A stretch of 64,000 nucleotides of DNA from Trichomonas gallinae (lineage: Eukaryota), in the NCBI GenBank assembly GCA_008369845.1, contig MRSU01003007.1, positions 1 through 64,000 of the forward strand. Direction: 5' to 3'. This document shows, piece after piece, positions 21,640 to 33,700 of this stretch. Position 1 is the first letter of the stretch. Each line of letters begins with the position of its first letter. The notes below the pieces were generated by a model. The model worked only from the letters and a program-made list of their open reading frames with translations, did not search any database and was not told where the DNA came from. Both the position numbers and the translations under genes were made by a program.

Positions 21640-22169
21640 ACTGCTTCAAGAAGTGTAAATAAATACACGTTATTATTAAATTACTAATTTTTACAGATTT
21701 AATAATATGAAATAAAAATTTTTCGAAATTACAACCAAAAAATAATTCTACTCTTCACATAATCATACAGATCAGAAGTCATCTCATATACTAATAGCTT
21801 TACTGCACAATTTTTCATTATCAATATATTTATTTCAATAATCATTTACAATTCTTTATAAAATTAGCATTACCATGCATTATTAGACTAAAATCCATCA
21901 ACTTTTACTAAGAAATGTAAATTAATATTCTTTATTAAATAAAATGAATATTCATATAAATGTATATACATTCGATATAGTCGGAATCCGTGATTAAACA
22001 AGGTATTCTTGAGAAAATGCAAAAAATTAATTTTTTCTCATTATGTAAATGGGCTCTGTAAAAGTTGTAACGGCAATATATATGTATTTTTCGATAAAGT
22101 GTATATTTGAAACAAAATTTTTTAGATCAACACATTACTCACAAAAAATTCTCTGTCACAAAACAAGAT

Positions 22170-22890
22170 GTTCCTGCACATGAACAGACACAAACCAAGC
22201 AGTAAACAAAAACATTGAAGAATTGAAGAAGATTGCAAAAACAGAAGAGAATTTTGATAAAATCTTCAAAATTTGCGATAGAATTGCAACAGAAAACGAC
22301 AAAGACGCCATGTCATATGTCATCAGAGTGAAGTTTGTTTATGCGACAGGAAAAAATGGAAATGGCTGCAACATCTTCACTAAAGCAAAATTTAACAAGC
22401 AAGACTTAGTTTTTGATCTTTTGATCGAATCTGGCATTGACATTAATTGTGGAGATAAATGCAACGACATGGCTTTGATTTGGGTATCAGATAAAGGTTA
22501 TCATGAAGTTGTCAAACTCCTTCTCACAGTTCCTGGAGTTTTCCCGATATATTTTTCGATTTTCTCAAAACATTGTCTAAATCATGAATAGCATCATATT
22601 CTTGTGATAGCATTGATGAACAAAGCTGTCTGAATCCGGACTCAGTAAATAAAACCATGACGGATGATGGATACAAATCAAAACATTTTCGATCTTATCA
22701 TTGCTAACAACGGTATTTTCTGAATTTAAATAATGTCGATTACATGATATTTATGATTGATCTGATATAGAATGCAAGCATCTCTCTGTCATGTCATGAA
22801 ATGTTCAAGTTATTGTTCACATCAAAGACAATAGCAACAAGACAGCTTTGATTTATGCTTCAATTAATGATTATCACAATACATTGAATA
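22170..22890 (+). pseudogene. Degraded ankyrin-repeat gene
   Basis: LLIESGIDINCGDKCNDMALIWVSDKGYHEVVKLLLTVPG, plus a further broken repeat (IKDNSNKTALIYASIND, ~22820-22870) after stops and frameshifts; boundaries approximate. Confidence 0.7.
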
Positions 22891-23112
22891 GATATCAACA
22901 ACAACTTAAAAATCATTTCTATTTATATTTGTCCAAACTTTGAAGGGTGAGAGACATGTATATAGGATGTTTTTAATAGATTAACAAATAGCTTATATAA
23001 ATAGTCGTATATTAATTATCGTATGTTTATATTTTAAAATAATTATTTAAAATATTATCGTATATTTATTAGAACATGAATAAAAAACATGGTGGCATCA
23101 ATACAAACAAAT

Positions 23113-23733
23113 TTAATCAGAATCTGAAAAATTGGAATTTCTCTTATCTTCAATAACATAGTAATCTTGCGCTGGATACTGTTTACACATTTCTAAGAAC
23201 TGTTCTTCAGACAAGGGTTGATCCATTATTGCTGGATTTAGTTGGTGAAACGAATCTGGAATAAATTTTGATTTTTTAGCTTCCAATGAATCAATTTCGA
23301 TCTCATATATAGATACTTTATCAAAAGCTGTACAAATGCATTTATTATAGGAATTTTTCCCGCAATATACCATATGCTGCTTCAATTCAGGGCAATAAAC
23401 TATTTGATTGTATACTAAATCTAATTTCTTTGGTTTTGGCGCTGGTTTATTATCGATAACTTTAATATCTTCATCATCAGAACTTTCAAATTTTTTTTTA
23501 GACCAATTAATCGAAAATAAATGTTTCTTATGTGGTGTACTACTCGAAGAATCTTTATTTGGAGTCATTTTAGGCGTTGTTTCTGAAGTTGAAATATATT
23601 GAATATCGTTCGATGATTCTCTTGGCGTAGAATTCTGTGATATGTTTGCTCTTTTCTCAGCAATCTCGTTTTCAACACTCTGAATAAATGATGGCGTTGT
23701 TTTTTTCATTTTGAATGGATCAAAGCCACTCAT
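23113..23733 (-). CDS. Hypothetical protein (206 aa)
   Basis: ATG at 23733 directly after a TCATTTT Inr; S/K/P-rich N-terminal half and globular-looking C-terminal half. Confidence 0.65.
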   Translation of the reverse strand: MSGFDPFKMKKTTPSFIQSVENEIAEKRANISQNSTPRESSNDIQYISTSETTPKMTPNKDSSSSTPHKKHLFSINWSKKKFESSDDEDIKVIDNKPAPKPKKLDLVYNQIVYCPELKQHMVYCGKNSYNKCICTAFDKVSIYEIEIDSLEAKKSKFIPDSFHQLNPAIMDQPLSEEQFLEMCKQYPAQDYYVIEDKRNSNFSDSD

Positions 23734-23777
23734 GATAAAAAAATGAAACATTTTAGTTGAAAAACAAACATAAAACT

Positions 23778-24374
23778 TTATTTAGATTCTTCTACAGGTA
23801 ATGTGTAGTCTACATAAGCTAAGCGATCAAAATATGAAAAATTAGAAGGTTCAAGATTTTTGATTTTTGGTGCATCTATGCCACCTGATTCCATATCGCT
23901 AGAATTTCCTGATTTATTGGAAATAATATTTTGATCTGGATTAACAGCTGAATCCGCGTAAACAACTTTCTTTTTCTGAATTCTACGCTGTGAAAGTGGT
24001 GTGCGCTCTCTATCTGTTCTCTGATCATTTTCGTTATATCTTTGTCTTTCTTCTTCGATGTTTTGACGAAGTACTGCTTCGAAATCGTTGATTACTTCGT
24101 GATTTGGTGTAGATTTTCGCGGGATTTGAGATTTTTTGGGAAGATTTTGCTCAGATTTTGTTGTATTTTCATTTCTTGGACTCACACCGTTTCTAGATCG
24201 ACTTTTAGGAGCAGGGATGTGACTTTGCTTAGCTTCATTTGCTTTTTGATTTTGTTCGGGAGATTGAATAGGAACTAAATCATCACGAGGAGGTACAACA
24301 TTGACATCAGCTTGCACTGACATGCTTTTTGTCGGTGATCCTTTATTAGGACGAGGAGCTCGTCTTGGAAGCAT
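23778..24374 (-). CDS. Hypothetical low-complexity/disordered protein (198 aa)
   Basis: Clean ORF, P/S/R/N-rich; stop within TAAA. Confidence 0.65.
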   Translation of the reverse strand: MLPRRAPRPNKGSPTKSMSVQADVNVVPPRDDLVPIQSPEQNQKANEAKQSHIPAPKSRSRNGVSPRNENTTKSEQNLPKKSQIPRKSTPNHEVINDFEAVLRQNIEEERQRYNENDQRTDRERTPLSQRRIQKKKVVYADSAVNPDQNIISNKSGNSSDMESGGIDAPKIKNLEPSNFSYFDRLAYVDYTLPVEESK

Positions 24375-24748
24375 TTTTTTTATATTAAATAAAAAACTAA
24401 AATTTTTTTATTGCAATGAAAAGTGAGCAAAATCTCAATAATTTATAAACATTTTTAGTTTAATTATAATTATTAATAAAATACACAACAAATTATATAT
24501 GATTTTCACATTACCAAATCAAAATTATCACAAATTCTATAAATATATCAATTTTAAAATCGACATTATCAAAACACTGCAATTATTTTACTATTATCTT
24601 ATCTCAATGTTTTATATATGATTTTCACATTGATTTTTGCTCATGATAACTTTGATTAAATTTCAAATTTGATATATATCTAATAGTGTTAAAATGCTAT
24701 AGATTATGATAATACAAATAGGATTTATAATATTATACAACAAACAAA

Positions 24749-26461
24749 TTAAAATAGATGACTATAAAAATCAATAATTTCTTCATTAGCATAACCATCT
24801 GGTGCTGCGAACGTGAAAACATTCTCTTTTAGGTTCATCCAGCTTGTGCCAAATTCCAATACTATTTCGCGTCTATTTGATCTCCAAGACCACCAATCAA
24901 GTTCGGTTTTGTTGTCTTTGTCTATTATGAGCTCGAATGGAGCAATTTCGCGAGAAACCCAGCTTTCTGAGACTGTTGGTGAAAGTTTTGGATAAACATG
25001 TTTAAGAAAATCTTCTGGAATCTTTGAATTTTCTGAAATCCAGAGTTTATCAGTAAAATACTGAATTAGTGAGAAGAACTGTAGATCCTCCGGCACATCT
25101 TTGTAAGGAGGCTCGATTTCTGAGATTTCAGGAATATCTTTTCCTCTTAGATATTGACCAAGATTCAAATATGGTGTTGGACTACATTTTTCTATACCTT
25201 CAATACGGAATTTAGTGAATGTCATTAACAAGGCTTTTGAAATTTGGCAAAAAGTGTTGCAATCTTCACGAGACAGCATTGATATATAGTATTCATCAAA
25301 TATTGGTCTACTCCAGTGTTCCTGCAAAACATCTTTTGTTACAAAACGAAATATTTTAGTTGCTTTGCCAGATTTATGTGTTGAATAGTGTAGAAGAGGC
25401 TGGAATGTTTCTGGAAGGAATTTAATAAAGTTTTCATAATCAAAATCGAAGTCTTTGATCGATCCATCGTTGATATCTATTGAAGAAATTGAATTATCGC
25501 TAATATTCAAGAAATTTCGTTCCATGCAATCTTGTGGTAGCAGAGCAGTTGATAAAGAGCGAGGAATTCCGAGATGATCCACTAGAATCAAAAATAAAAT
25601 AAAATCATTTTGCGGTGATTTAGTAAGTAGAAAAAGCAGATCGTTTTCTAAAGCGCAGAACTTCCACAACGTTGTTTCTGACATTTTCTTTCCATTTGGA
25701 TGATTTTGGTTTGAAACCACGTTCCAAACAAGTTTTCTCATTGATCTTGGGAATAAAATATCAATCATTGACCCATTTGAGTACATGACAACGTCCTGGC
25801 TCTTGTGAGCATGAAAATGCTTAAAAGTGTTAATACTTCCTAGTTTTGGCGCAGGAATTGAGAAATTCAAATCATTTGATAGAAATAGACTCAGTTTTAA
25901 ATTTTCTGCATTGAATGATGCGTATTCAAGTTTATTTTCATTATTCGTGGCAAACCAAATAATATTTTGCTGATTTCTTAAAATTCGTTTTAAAATGAAA
26001 TCATCTGATGTTTGCTGTATTTCCCATATCTCGAAATTCGATGAGTAATAGTAGTAAAACTTGTTTGGTGTCTCTCCAAAATAAATTAATGGAAAAGTTT
26101 GTGAGATATTTACGACAGGATGCTGGAAATATGTATTAATGGAGTATAAAATAGTGTAGTATAGCGACTGATTTTTAAATCCGTTGTGGATTGAATAATA
26201 AGTCAAGATAATGAAATCATTATTCAATGATACAGTGGCAGCAACAATATATGGATGCACAGGAAATGTTTTGAAAATTCGGGGAGGCCTGTTATCTAAA
26301 AAGTATTGCCAAACTATTTGCGAATCCGGTTTGGTTTCAAGAACAAAGAATGAAATTCCATTAGATCGTGATAATAAGACGAATTCTCCTGCTCCTACGC
26401 CTTTTGTCCTCTTTTTCAATAGAAAACTATTAGTTAAAAGAGGATTATTGCTGGCTTGCAA
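24749..26461 (-). CDS. Hypothetical 570-aa protein with beta-rich N-terminus (tentatively GSAP/pigeon-like); no 5' ATG
   Basis: Long ORF in AT-rich DNA beginning TTG; RIFKTFPVHPYIVAATVSLNNDFIILTY recalls the GSAP N-terminal region by eye only. Confidence 0.55.
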   Translation of the reverse strand: MQASNNPLLTNSFLLKKRTKGVGAGEFVLLSRSNGISFFVLETKPDSQIVWQYFLDNRPPRIFKTFPVHPYIVAATVSLNNDFIILTYYSIHNGFKNQSLYYTILYSINTYFQHPVVNISQTFPLIYFGETPNKFYYYYSSNFEIWEIQQTSDDFILKRILRNQQNIIWFATNNENKLEYASFNAENLKLSLFLSNDLNFSIPAPKLGSINTFKHFHAHKSQDVVMYSNGSMIDILFPRSMRKLVWNVVSNQNHPNGKKMSETTLWKFCALENDLLFLLTKSPQNDFILFLILVDHLGIPRSLSTALLPQDCMERNFLNISDNSISSIDINDGSIKDFDFDYENFIKFLPETFQPLLHYSTHKSGKATKIFRFVTKDVLQEHWSRPIFDEYYISMLSREDCNTFCQISKALLMTFTKFRIEGIEKCSPTPYLNLGQYLRGKDIPEISEIEPPYKDVPEDLQFFSLIQYFTDKLWISENSKIPEDFLKHVYPKLSPTVSESWVSREIAPFELIIDKDNKTELDWWSWRSNRREIVLEFGTSWMNLKENVFTFAAPDGYANEEIIDFYSHLF

Positions 26462-27032
26462 AAGATTTTTGACAAAAATTTTGAATTTTTATATCTTTTC
26501 TAACACTTTTTTTGACAATTGTCAAAATTTCATCATGAAAATCCACTGATAAGTTCTGCCCTTGATAATGAAAATTAAATTTATATAATAGTTAATTATG
26601 ATATTTTTCTATCTGATCTAATGCCACTTAATAAACAAATCTTTATCTATTTTCTTATCAAATGAAAAATCAAACAAATTTTTTTGGGACTAAAATAAAA
26701 TAGAATACATCTCTATATTTCTTTTCCAAACCCAAGGAATATGTCTTTTATTGTTTATTATAAAGTTCGCTTTAATCAAATATGATAATTAATATTACAA
26801 AAGAACAATCTATCTTGTTGACAATTGTTAATTTACATGCCAAAAATATAATTTATAAATCATACGATTATTTTCAATTCAAATTTCAATGCAATTTAAA
26901 GTGAAAAAATCATAAGCCTCATAATTATAGTTTTCTCACATTTTAAAAATTTAATTGCATGACAGATATTATGTTTACATGTCAAATTCGATACTAATTT
27001 TTGTTTACAATTTGTACGTTTAAGTTTTATTG

Positions 27033-27341
27033 ATGAGTTTTACTTCTTCACCATATAAATCACCGCATCGCAATCCATCGCAGTCGGATCTGTCATTGTC
27101 AGCATTAAGCTCTCCATCAAAATCTTCAATTGACTCAAAACACGAAACAACATTGGCTAAAATCAAGCAAACAAAGAATGAAATCAGTATTCTTGCCCAG
27201 AAGACAGATGTTTATTCCAAAAACACTACAACAAACTATCGTTCTATAACTACACCAAAGAAAGAATCAAAATCCAGAGAATACTCAAAATCTCCACACG
27301 GCAAAGAGCTCAGAATCACAGACTATTCTACCCTAGTTTGA
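27033..27341 (+). CDS. Hypothetical Ser/Lys-rich protein (102 aa)
   Basis: ATG at 27033; coding-like composition against AT-rich flanks. Confidence 0.5.
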   Translation: MSFTSSPYKSPHRNPSQSDLSLSALSSPSKSSIDSKHETTLAKIKQTKNEISILAQKTDVYSKNTTTNYRSITTPKKESKSREYSKSPHGKELRITDYSTLV

Positions 27342-27561
27342 TTTATAAACATGTATGTATATTTAAACCATATTACAATTTATATATTTTTTTTCTTCTT
27401 AAGTTATACATACAGGAGCTATGAATTTTAGCTAACAAGTTTGGGATATGACTTTATATTGAATTATTTTATATAAAACTCTGAATTTAAAAATTTCAAA
27501 AAAAATTATTTCAAAGAGAAAACATTTTTATTGAACAAAATTTATTGGTGCGATATAAACA

Positions 27562-28449
27562 TCACTTAGCAGTTTTTCCTAGCTTCTTTTTAGTGTTGAG
27601 ATTCTGCTCAACGTGAAAGGTTGCTGGTTTTAGGCCATTATCCTTACAGAATGTAATGTATAGTTCTTGTAATTCGTTTGCACCTCTCAGAGCTGTATCA
27701 TCCTGAACATATTTAGCGACAATTTTCATATATTGCTGACAAAGGGCACTTAAGGCACTTTCTCTAGTAGATTTGATATCTAAGAGCTTATCAGTGTGCT
27801 TCTTCACGTAAGTTGCACGCTCAGTGTTTAATTGTCTTGTTAATCCTAATATTTCTTGTCCAAACTTATTCATGAGTTCACTGCGTCTAGTTTCAAAAAG
27901 TTTATTCATCTGTTCGGTCTTCTTTTCCATCTTATCTAGACCTAATTTAACCGCTTCATCACGAAGTTTCATCGCAGTATCGAAATCACCGTTTTCCGCT
28001 GCTCTTATTGATGATTCGCGTAATTCAATTTGCTCTGGATCGCGTCTGTTGAATTCTACCTCTCTTTCTTTAAGAAATTGCTGCTCAAATTGATATAGTC
28101 GTTCAATTTGTTGCTTCTTCAAGTCATCGAACATTTCGTCGTATTTAATTTTAATATTTAGTTCGTCGTACTTCTTTTGTTGTTCTAAATCATCAGATTC
28201 GGCGTTTTTTAATTCCAAATTTTCATTTAAGTCATCGATAAACTCATTTCTTATAACGGCAAACTTATTTTCAGATGCATATTTATTGATTTCTTCAATT
28301 TGTTTTGCTATTTCTGTAGCTTCTTCGTATTTCAATGTTTTGATCAGCTCTTTTTGCTGCAATCTGAGCTTATCTGTTTCCGCAGTAGTAGATTCCTTGA
28401 TTTTCTCTATTTGCTCCGAGATTCTCTTCTGTGCACTTTCTTTTCCCAT
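27562..28449 (-). CDS. Hypothetical coiled-coil protein (295 aa)
   Basis: E/K/L-rich heptads; TCACTTTT Inr upstream. Confidence 0.75.
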   Translation of the reverse strand: MGKESAQKRISEQIEKIKESTTAETDKLRLQQKELIKTLKYEEATEIAKQIEEINKYASENKFAVIRNEFIDDLNENLELKNAESDDLEQQKKYDELNIKIKYDEMFDDLKKQQIERLYQFEQQFLKEREVEFNRRDPEQIELRESSIRAAENGDFDTAMKLRDEAVKLGLDKMEKKTEQMNKLFETRRSELMNKFGQEILGLTRQLNTERATYVKKHTDKLLDIKSTRESALSALCQQYMKIVAKYVQDDTALRGANELQELYITFCKDNGLKPATFHVEQNLNTKKKLGKTAK

Positions 28450-28909
28450 CTACAAGAAAACAACAAAAACGGTATGGAAAAGTGACAAATAATGTAACAA
28501 TAATTTTGTCACGTAAATACACACTTTTGACAATGTAAATATCAAAATGACATTTTTCCAGAAATCAAGTTCTATGATATTATATTAAATTACAATAAAG
28601 CACTAATTGAGATAATCATATTTCATCAAAGAAAAAGTTTATTACTCCTTTCATATTAAGTTGATAAAAATCTATAATTAGTATCATGCAATATATATAT
28701 ATGTATCATAGATTGAATAGATTGAACTATTCAAGGATTCACTATAAATATATAGAAGATCAATGAATATTATAAAAATTCCAACAATTTGGAGTCGTTA
28801 TCTAGAATGAAATGCATAAATATTGTAAATGTATTTGTAATCAATATTATATTATAATGCTGCTGCTTTGTGATTACGTAATTCGAAAATATCATGTTTA
28901 ATCAATACT

Positions 28910-29737
28910 CTATTCCAAATACATCTTTGGCATGATAATGCTGCATATATACTTTCCTCCAGTTGGAAATGTTTCATCTGATGGTGTCATGTCGATAATG
29001 CAATTTCCTTCACTGTAGAAAGAGAATCCGGAAATCATGATTCCCATATCGTATGTAGTTTCATTATTATGTGCATTAATGGCATCAAAGATCTTAAATC
29101 TGTTTCCATCAGAGTTGTAAGAAATTCTCCACGATTGTTTGTTGGCCATTGAAGGAAGCCACCTGAGGCATTCGAGGAATTCCATGAGTCTTCCTTCATC
29201 CGATTGCTTTAGAGGCTCATTTAGCTTCTCGTTATAGAAAATTTCTTCGAAATTTAATCTTGAATTGCTAACGAAGAATTTAATTGCCTTGTCGAAGAAT
29301 CTAAGAGATGAAGCAACCTTTCCATAAGCTACAGCACACTGAATCTTGAATCCTGGGAATCTCGATTCAGCTTCTGCGTGTTGGAATGATCCTGTAGCCC
29401 AAACAGTTCCGATGTGACATTGTACCATCTTAAGAACTGCTATGGAAGCCCTGTATGCAGCATCAAGCGTATATTTCGTAAATTCATCTTTATCAGTAAT
29501 ATGTTCTGGTATTTTTAGTACGATCCATCCTGATTCATTCTTAATGACCCCAAGGCGTCCAATTCCAGGCTCAGTAAGGTCAATTTTTGCTGGAGTTTTA
29601 TACGGTGCTTGCATAAAGTTGCATTCTTCAACTATTTCTTTAACGAGCTCCATTTCCTCATCACTCAGGACACCTTGATAGCTTCTTTCAGATCTTCTCT
29701 TCTTGAAAGTTTCAGCTATCGAAAATTTATCATCCAT
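28910..29737 (-). CDS. Nitroreductase-family protein (two-domain, TM1586-like)
   Basis: FKKRRSERSY FMN-binding motif, IGTVWATGSF, CAVAYG, LRWLPSMANKQSWR and DMGI; likely start at 29737 (alternative ATG at 29803). Confidence 0.85.
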   Translation of the reverse strand: MDDKFSIAETFKKRRSERSYQGVLSDEEMELVKEIVEECNFMQAPYKTPAKIDLTEPGIGRLGVIKNESGWIVLKIPEHITDKDEFTKYTLDAAYRASIAVLKMVQCHIGTVWATGSFQHAEAESRFPGFKIQCAVAYGKVASSLRFFDKAIKFFVSNSRLNFEEIFYNEKLNEPLKQSDEGRLMEFLECLRWLPSMANKQSWRISYNSDGNRFKIFDAINAHNNETTYDMGIMISGFSFYSEGNCIIDMTPSDETFPTGGKYICSIIMPKMYLE

Positions 29738-30434
29738 AGTTGCAATCTGAACTTGAGTCACTTTTGATTGCGTTATACAATAGTTGATCAATACGTATAT
29801 CATGTTATTTCAGAAAAGTTGCCAATTATTATTTCATATCTTCAGAATTGGTCTTAAAGTTTAAAAACCACGCAAATTAATACCATTCATGGAATACTGT
29901 TTATTCTAAATTTTGGAGAAATGATTATATCTGAAATTTTGATTAAATTTTTTGACGCGTAAATTCTCAAAATCGTCAATCGTTATTTTTGACAGCATCA
30001 GAATTTTTTTACTGAGTCGACAGACTTATGATTTCATTAATTTTCCATATGACCTGTAGCAACCTTGAAACATTACAATGTCATTAACATAAAAAATAAT
30101 GATTGAAATCGAATTATCAAAAGAATAAGAAATTAAATATTTTCATTGACATGTAAATCTATCAAATGAAAATCTTTGTATATAAAATCCAATATTTGAC
30201 ATGTAAAATCATATCGCATTAAACATTGATATTTGAAATATAGAATTAATAATGAGTTTGCTTCTAATTTGCATCGAAATCTGCAAAAATCAAAAGTGAA
30301 ATAAATTGAATAAAAAATGACATGTAAATTTAACATTCATGTTTAACAAGGGTTTGATATGATACCTTCATATTTTATTTATTGCACTGTTAGAGAATTT
30401 ACTCACGATTTATATCAAAATCAGCTTTAATCAG

Positions 30435-30697
30435 AAATATGACATGTAAATTTTATTTTGACATATAAATACAATTGATATTTTAAATATAGATTATACA
30501 AATAGTTATCTCATGATCTGTACCAAAAGTAGCCGAAAACAGAAAAGAAATTCATAAATTGAAAATATGACATGTAAATTTTATTTTGACATATAAAAAT
30601 TGTTTGATAGGTTTTGCTGAAATTCTAAATATAGCATATTTGGATGAAATAATCTTGATATTTACCAAAATTAGCCGAAAATAGAAGTGAAATTGGA
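30435..30697. repeat. Imperfect tandem duplication (~128 bp) upstream of the 1254-aa gene
   Basis: AAATATGACATGTAAATTTTATTTTGACATATAAA is exact at 30435 and 30563; each copy ends in TACCAAAA(G/T)TAGCCGAAAA(C/T)AGAA..GAAATT. Confidence 0.85.
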
Positions 30698-30753
30698 GCT
30701 CTTCACTTTTCGATTGAAATGAAATTGTCACATTTTTGTAAGAAAATATTTCC

Positions 30754-33700
30754 ATGGCTGAACTTGTCGAAAAACATCTTGAGAAAGCTCAGCAAATGGA
30801 GAATTGCAAGAATTCGAAAGAGTTTAAGCAGTTTATTCAAGCGATCGAGCAGGAATTCGATATTTCTATCTGCATAAAATGTTCGCCCCACTATTCTCCT
30901 AAATTTTTCTTTGATTATATACGTGCATTCCTCCCGTTTACTCGCCACGAAGACAAGGACATCAATCAACAGGCTCTTTACTTCTTTGATTTAATCATTC
31001 CACCTATTATTACCTATTCGCCAATAGATTTTCTCGAAGGTTGCTACGAAATATACAAAGAGGAACAGAATCCACTAAATTTATGCCCGATTTTAAGATA
31101 TATGTCGCTCGCAATTAATGGACAAATTCCATCTGTTGAAGAAAAATACTCGCCGATGCTGCTGAACATCCTCTCTTCTACGAGTACTGCGGAAAAGGAG
31201 CTGTTGTTCCCGTTCGTTTGGCAGTCAATTTCGAAACATATCGATGAAACAGAATGCGACGCATTATTGGTCAATATGATGACTCCTGAGTTCGGAGAAG
31301 CTGTTGCAAATCTCGTTAGCGCGCATCCGCAGGAATTAATTCCAGTAGTTTTAACGAAATCGAATTTTGATTTTTTGAAATCTTTTCTTATTCATCTGAA
31401 AACAGAAGAACCAATAGAAATAGATGACTTCATCAATACTCTCGCAATTACGAACAAACCAGAGCTTTTGTCTGCTTTTATTAACTCAAATATTCAACTT
31501 GGAAAAGTTTCTCTAGAGTTAGCGAAATCATTATGCAGCGGACTTGTTGGAGACTTATCTGATTACACCAGCGACGATCAGGCTTTATTGCTTCTAGCAT
31601 TAGGAAAAGCTGTGACAAAAGGATATTTAGAGGCTTCGGAACTACAAAATGTTATTGACTGCAAGAGTGAGTTTGAAGCTTTCAGGAATGCTTCGATCAA
31701 AATACTTTTAATGAATCTATTTACAGATTTTCAAGAAATACTCGATTCTGTTTACAAACAACGCGACAAAACATTTCAATATTTACTCACAATACTTGAC
31801 AAATACGAAGAATCGATGTACAACGCAGATCCAAAATGGACCAAAGATTTCATACAGAAAGTAATCCAAGTCAACATGCAGCCGAACCAATTACTCCAAA
31901 TTATCAACAATTTCCCTACTACAGAGCTAATTGGCGTTGAAAAAATTGTCAAATCATTTGTATCAACGAAAAACCAAGCAGTTGCTAAATTAATCTTCAA
32001 AATTACCAAGAAATACAAGTTCCAGCACTCACTGGGTTCATTAGATTGGATCCTTAACCCTCAATGCGCTTACGAAATAATCAGATCTCCAGAAGTACCT
32101 TTTACCTTAGAGCTACTGCAATACGGAATGATCCCACCGAATACACTTCAAGGAATGTTCAGGTCTTTAAGACTCAGACCGCGTGCGAGTGCTCCAGTTT
32201 TATACGAAGAATTATTGAGTCTCGCGAAGTTATTAACGAAGCCACTGCGAGTCAACATAGACATGGAAGACAACCTGCCTAAGATCAACTGGATAGACAT
32301 GCAGTCCATCAACAAACTCTTCTTCGCATCGCGCGCGCCATTCACACATACTCAATACGGTATTTTCAACTTAGAATTGATTAAAACACTGGCAGTACTC
32401 TTCCCTCACGCAATCAACTGCAACCACATGCAATGCATCGTTTTGATGCGCTATTTGAGATTGTTCGCGACGAGTTTCCCAGACACGGTTGTTCCTTTCG
32501 CTATAGATCTCTACATCAAGTATAGAACAGAGACAATGAAAGCATTATTGGTTTTAATTTCGCGCGAAAACTTTGCGCCTAGATATTCAACGTTTGTCTT
32601 TAGAATGATATTCGAACTGGAGGGAATAGAAGCTGCTTTAGAATTAGGAAAGGATGCAATGATACAGGCAGCGAGATATGACAGAGAAGTCGCTCAAATT
32701 TTGGCAACAGAGCTTCGCCAACCTTTGGAGAAAATGAAAACATTCTTGAGTTTCGTGTCCATCGGCCATCACATTCCATGGGCAAGGGAGTGCGCTAAAG
32801 TATATCCAGTCAGCGAGTGGATGCTCAAAAAAGGAGATGGACCGTTATTGATTGCTTTGGCTGAATGTAACGACGCAGAAGTCAAAAAGAGAGTCGAAGA
32901 AGCTAAAATTATTGTCGAAAAGTTCGATGAAAGTGATGAAACAAAACCAGCCGAAGAAGAAAGAACATATAAGTTTGACTATAACATAGATGTTTACCAG
33001 GCCCCAGAATGCAGAGCAGCGGAGCCAGCAACTCTCGCGAACTTGATATCATTCCTCTGGCACGCGAAAACACAGCTCTCTAGAGAGAACGAAAAAGAAA
33101 TGATAGACTTTTTATACAAAGTCAAAGATGACAAACTGCTTCTCGGAGCTCTTTGCTACTGCGAGAGATTTGTCATCAAACTCGATGAAGAAATCATTGC
33201 TAAAAGAATTAAAGCTTCTAATGACATACAGACAGCTTCTGCTTATGTTTTCTTCAAATCTATCAGATGCGTTTACGACAAAATGCCAGAACACATTGCA
33301 AATGCTGTAGACAGAGTCTTGGATGACATGAGGGTGCCAAAAAGCGATTTGTTTGAGGCAGCAAGGACACACAGAATATATCCACAGAGAGCTGTGTTGA
33401 ATGCTATTGTAAATATGGACAAAAACATGAGCGAGAAAATTTTGTCTGAAGAGCCAGTTAAAACGAGCGACTTTGGATCTGTTGACCAGTGCAAAGTTGC
33501 CTTGGCAACGATTTTCTCGTCGATGAAGTCAGATGATTTCACTGAGCCAAATCAACTGCTTCCTTCCAACTATAACTGGCCGAACGAATTCCTTATGATA
33601 GGACGCGAGAAGAAACATTATGTCGCTGCCAGTATTCCTGAGGCCTCCAGATCATGGGTTTTCACTGCAGCAAAGAAGAAGGATTCTATGGCTTTCTATC

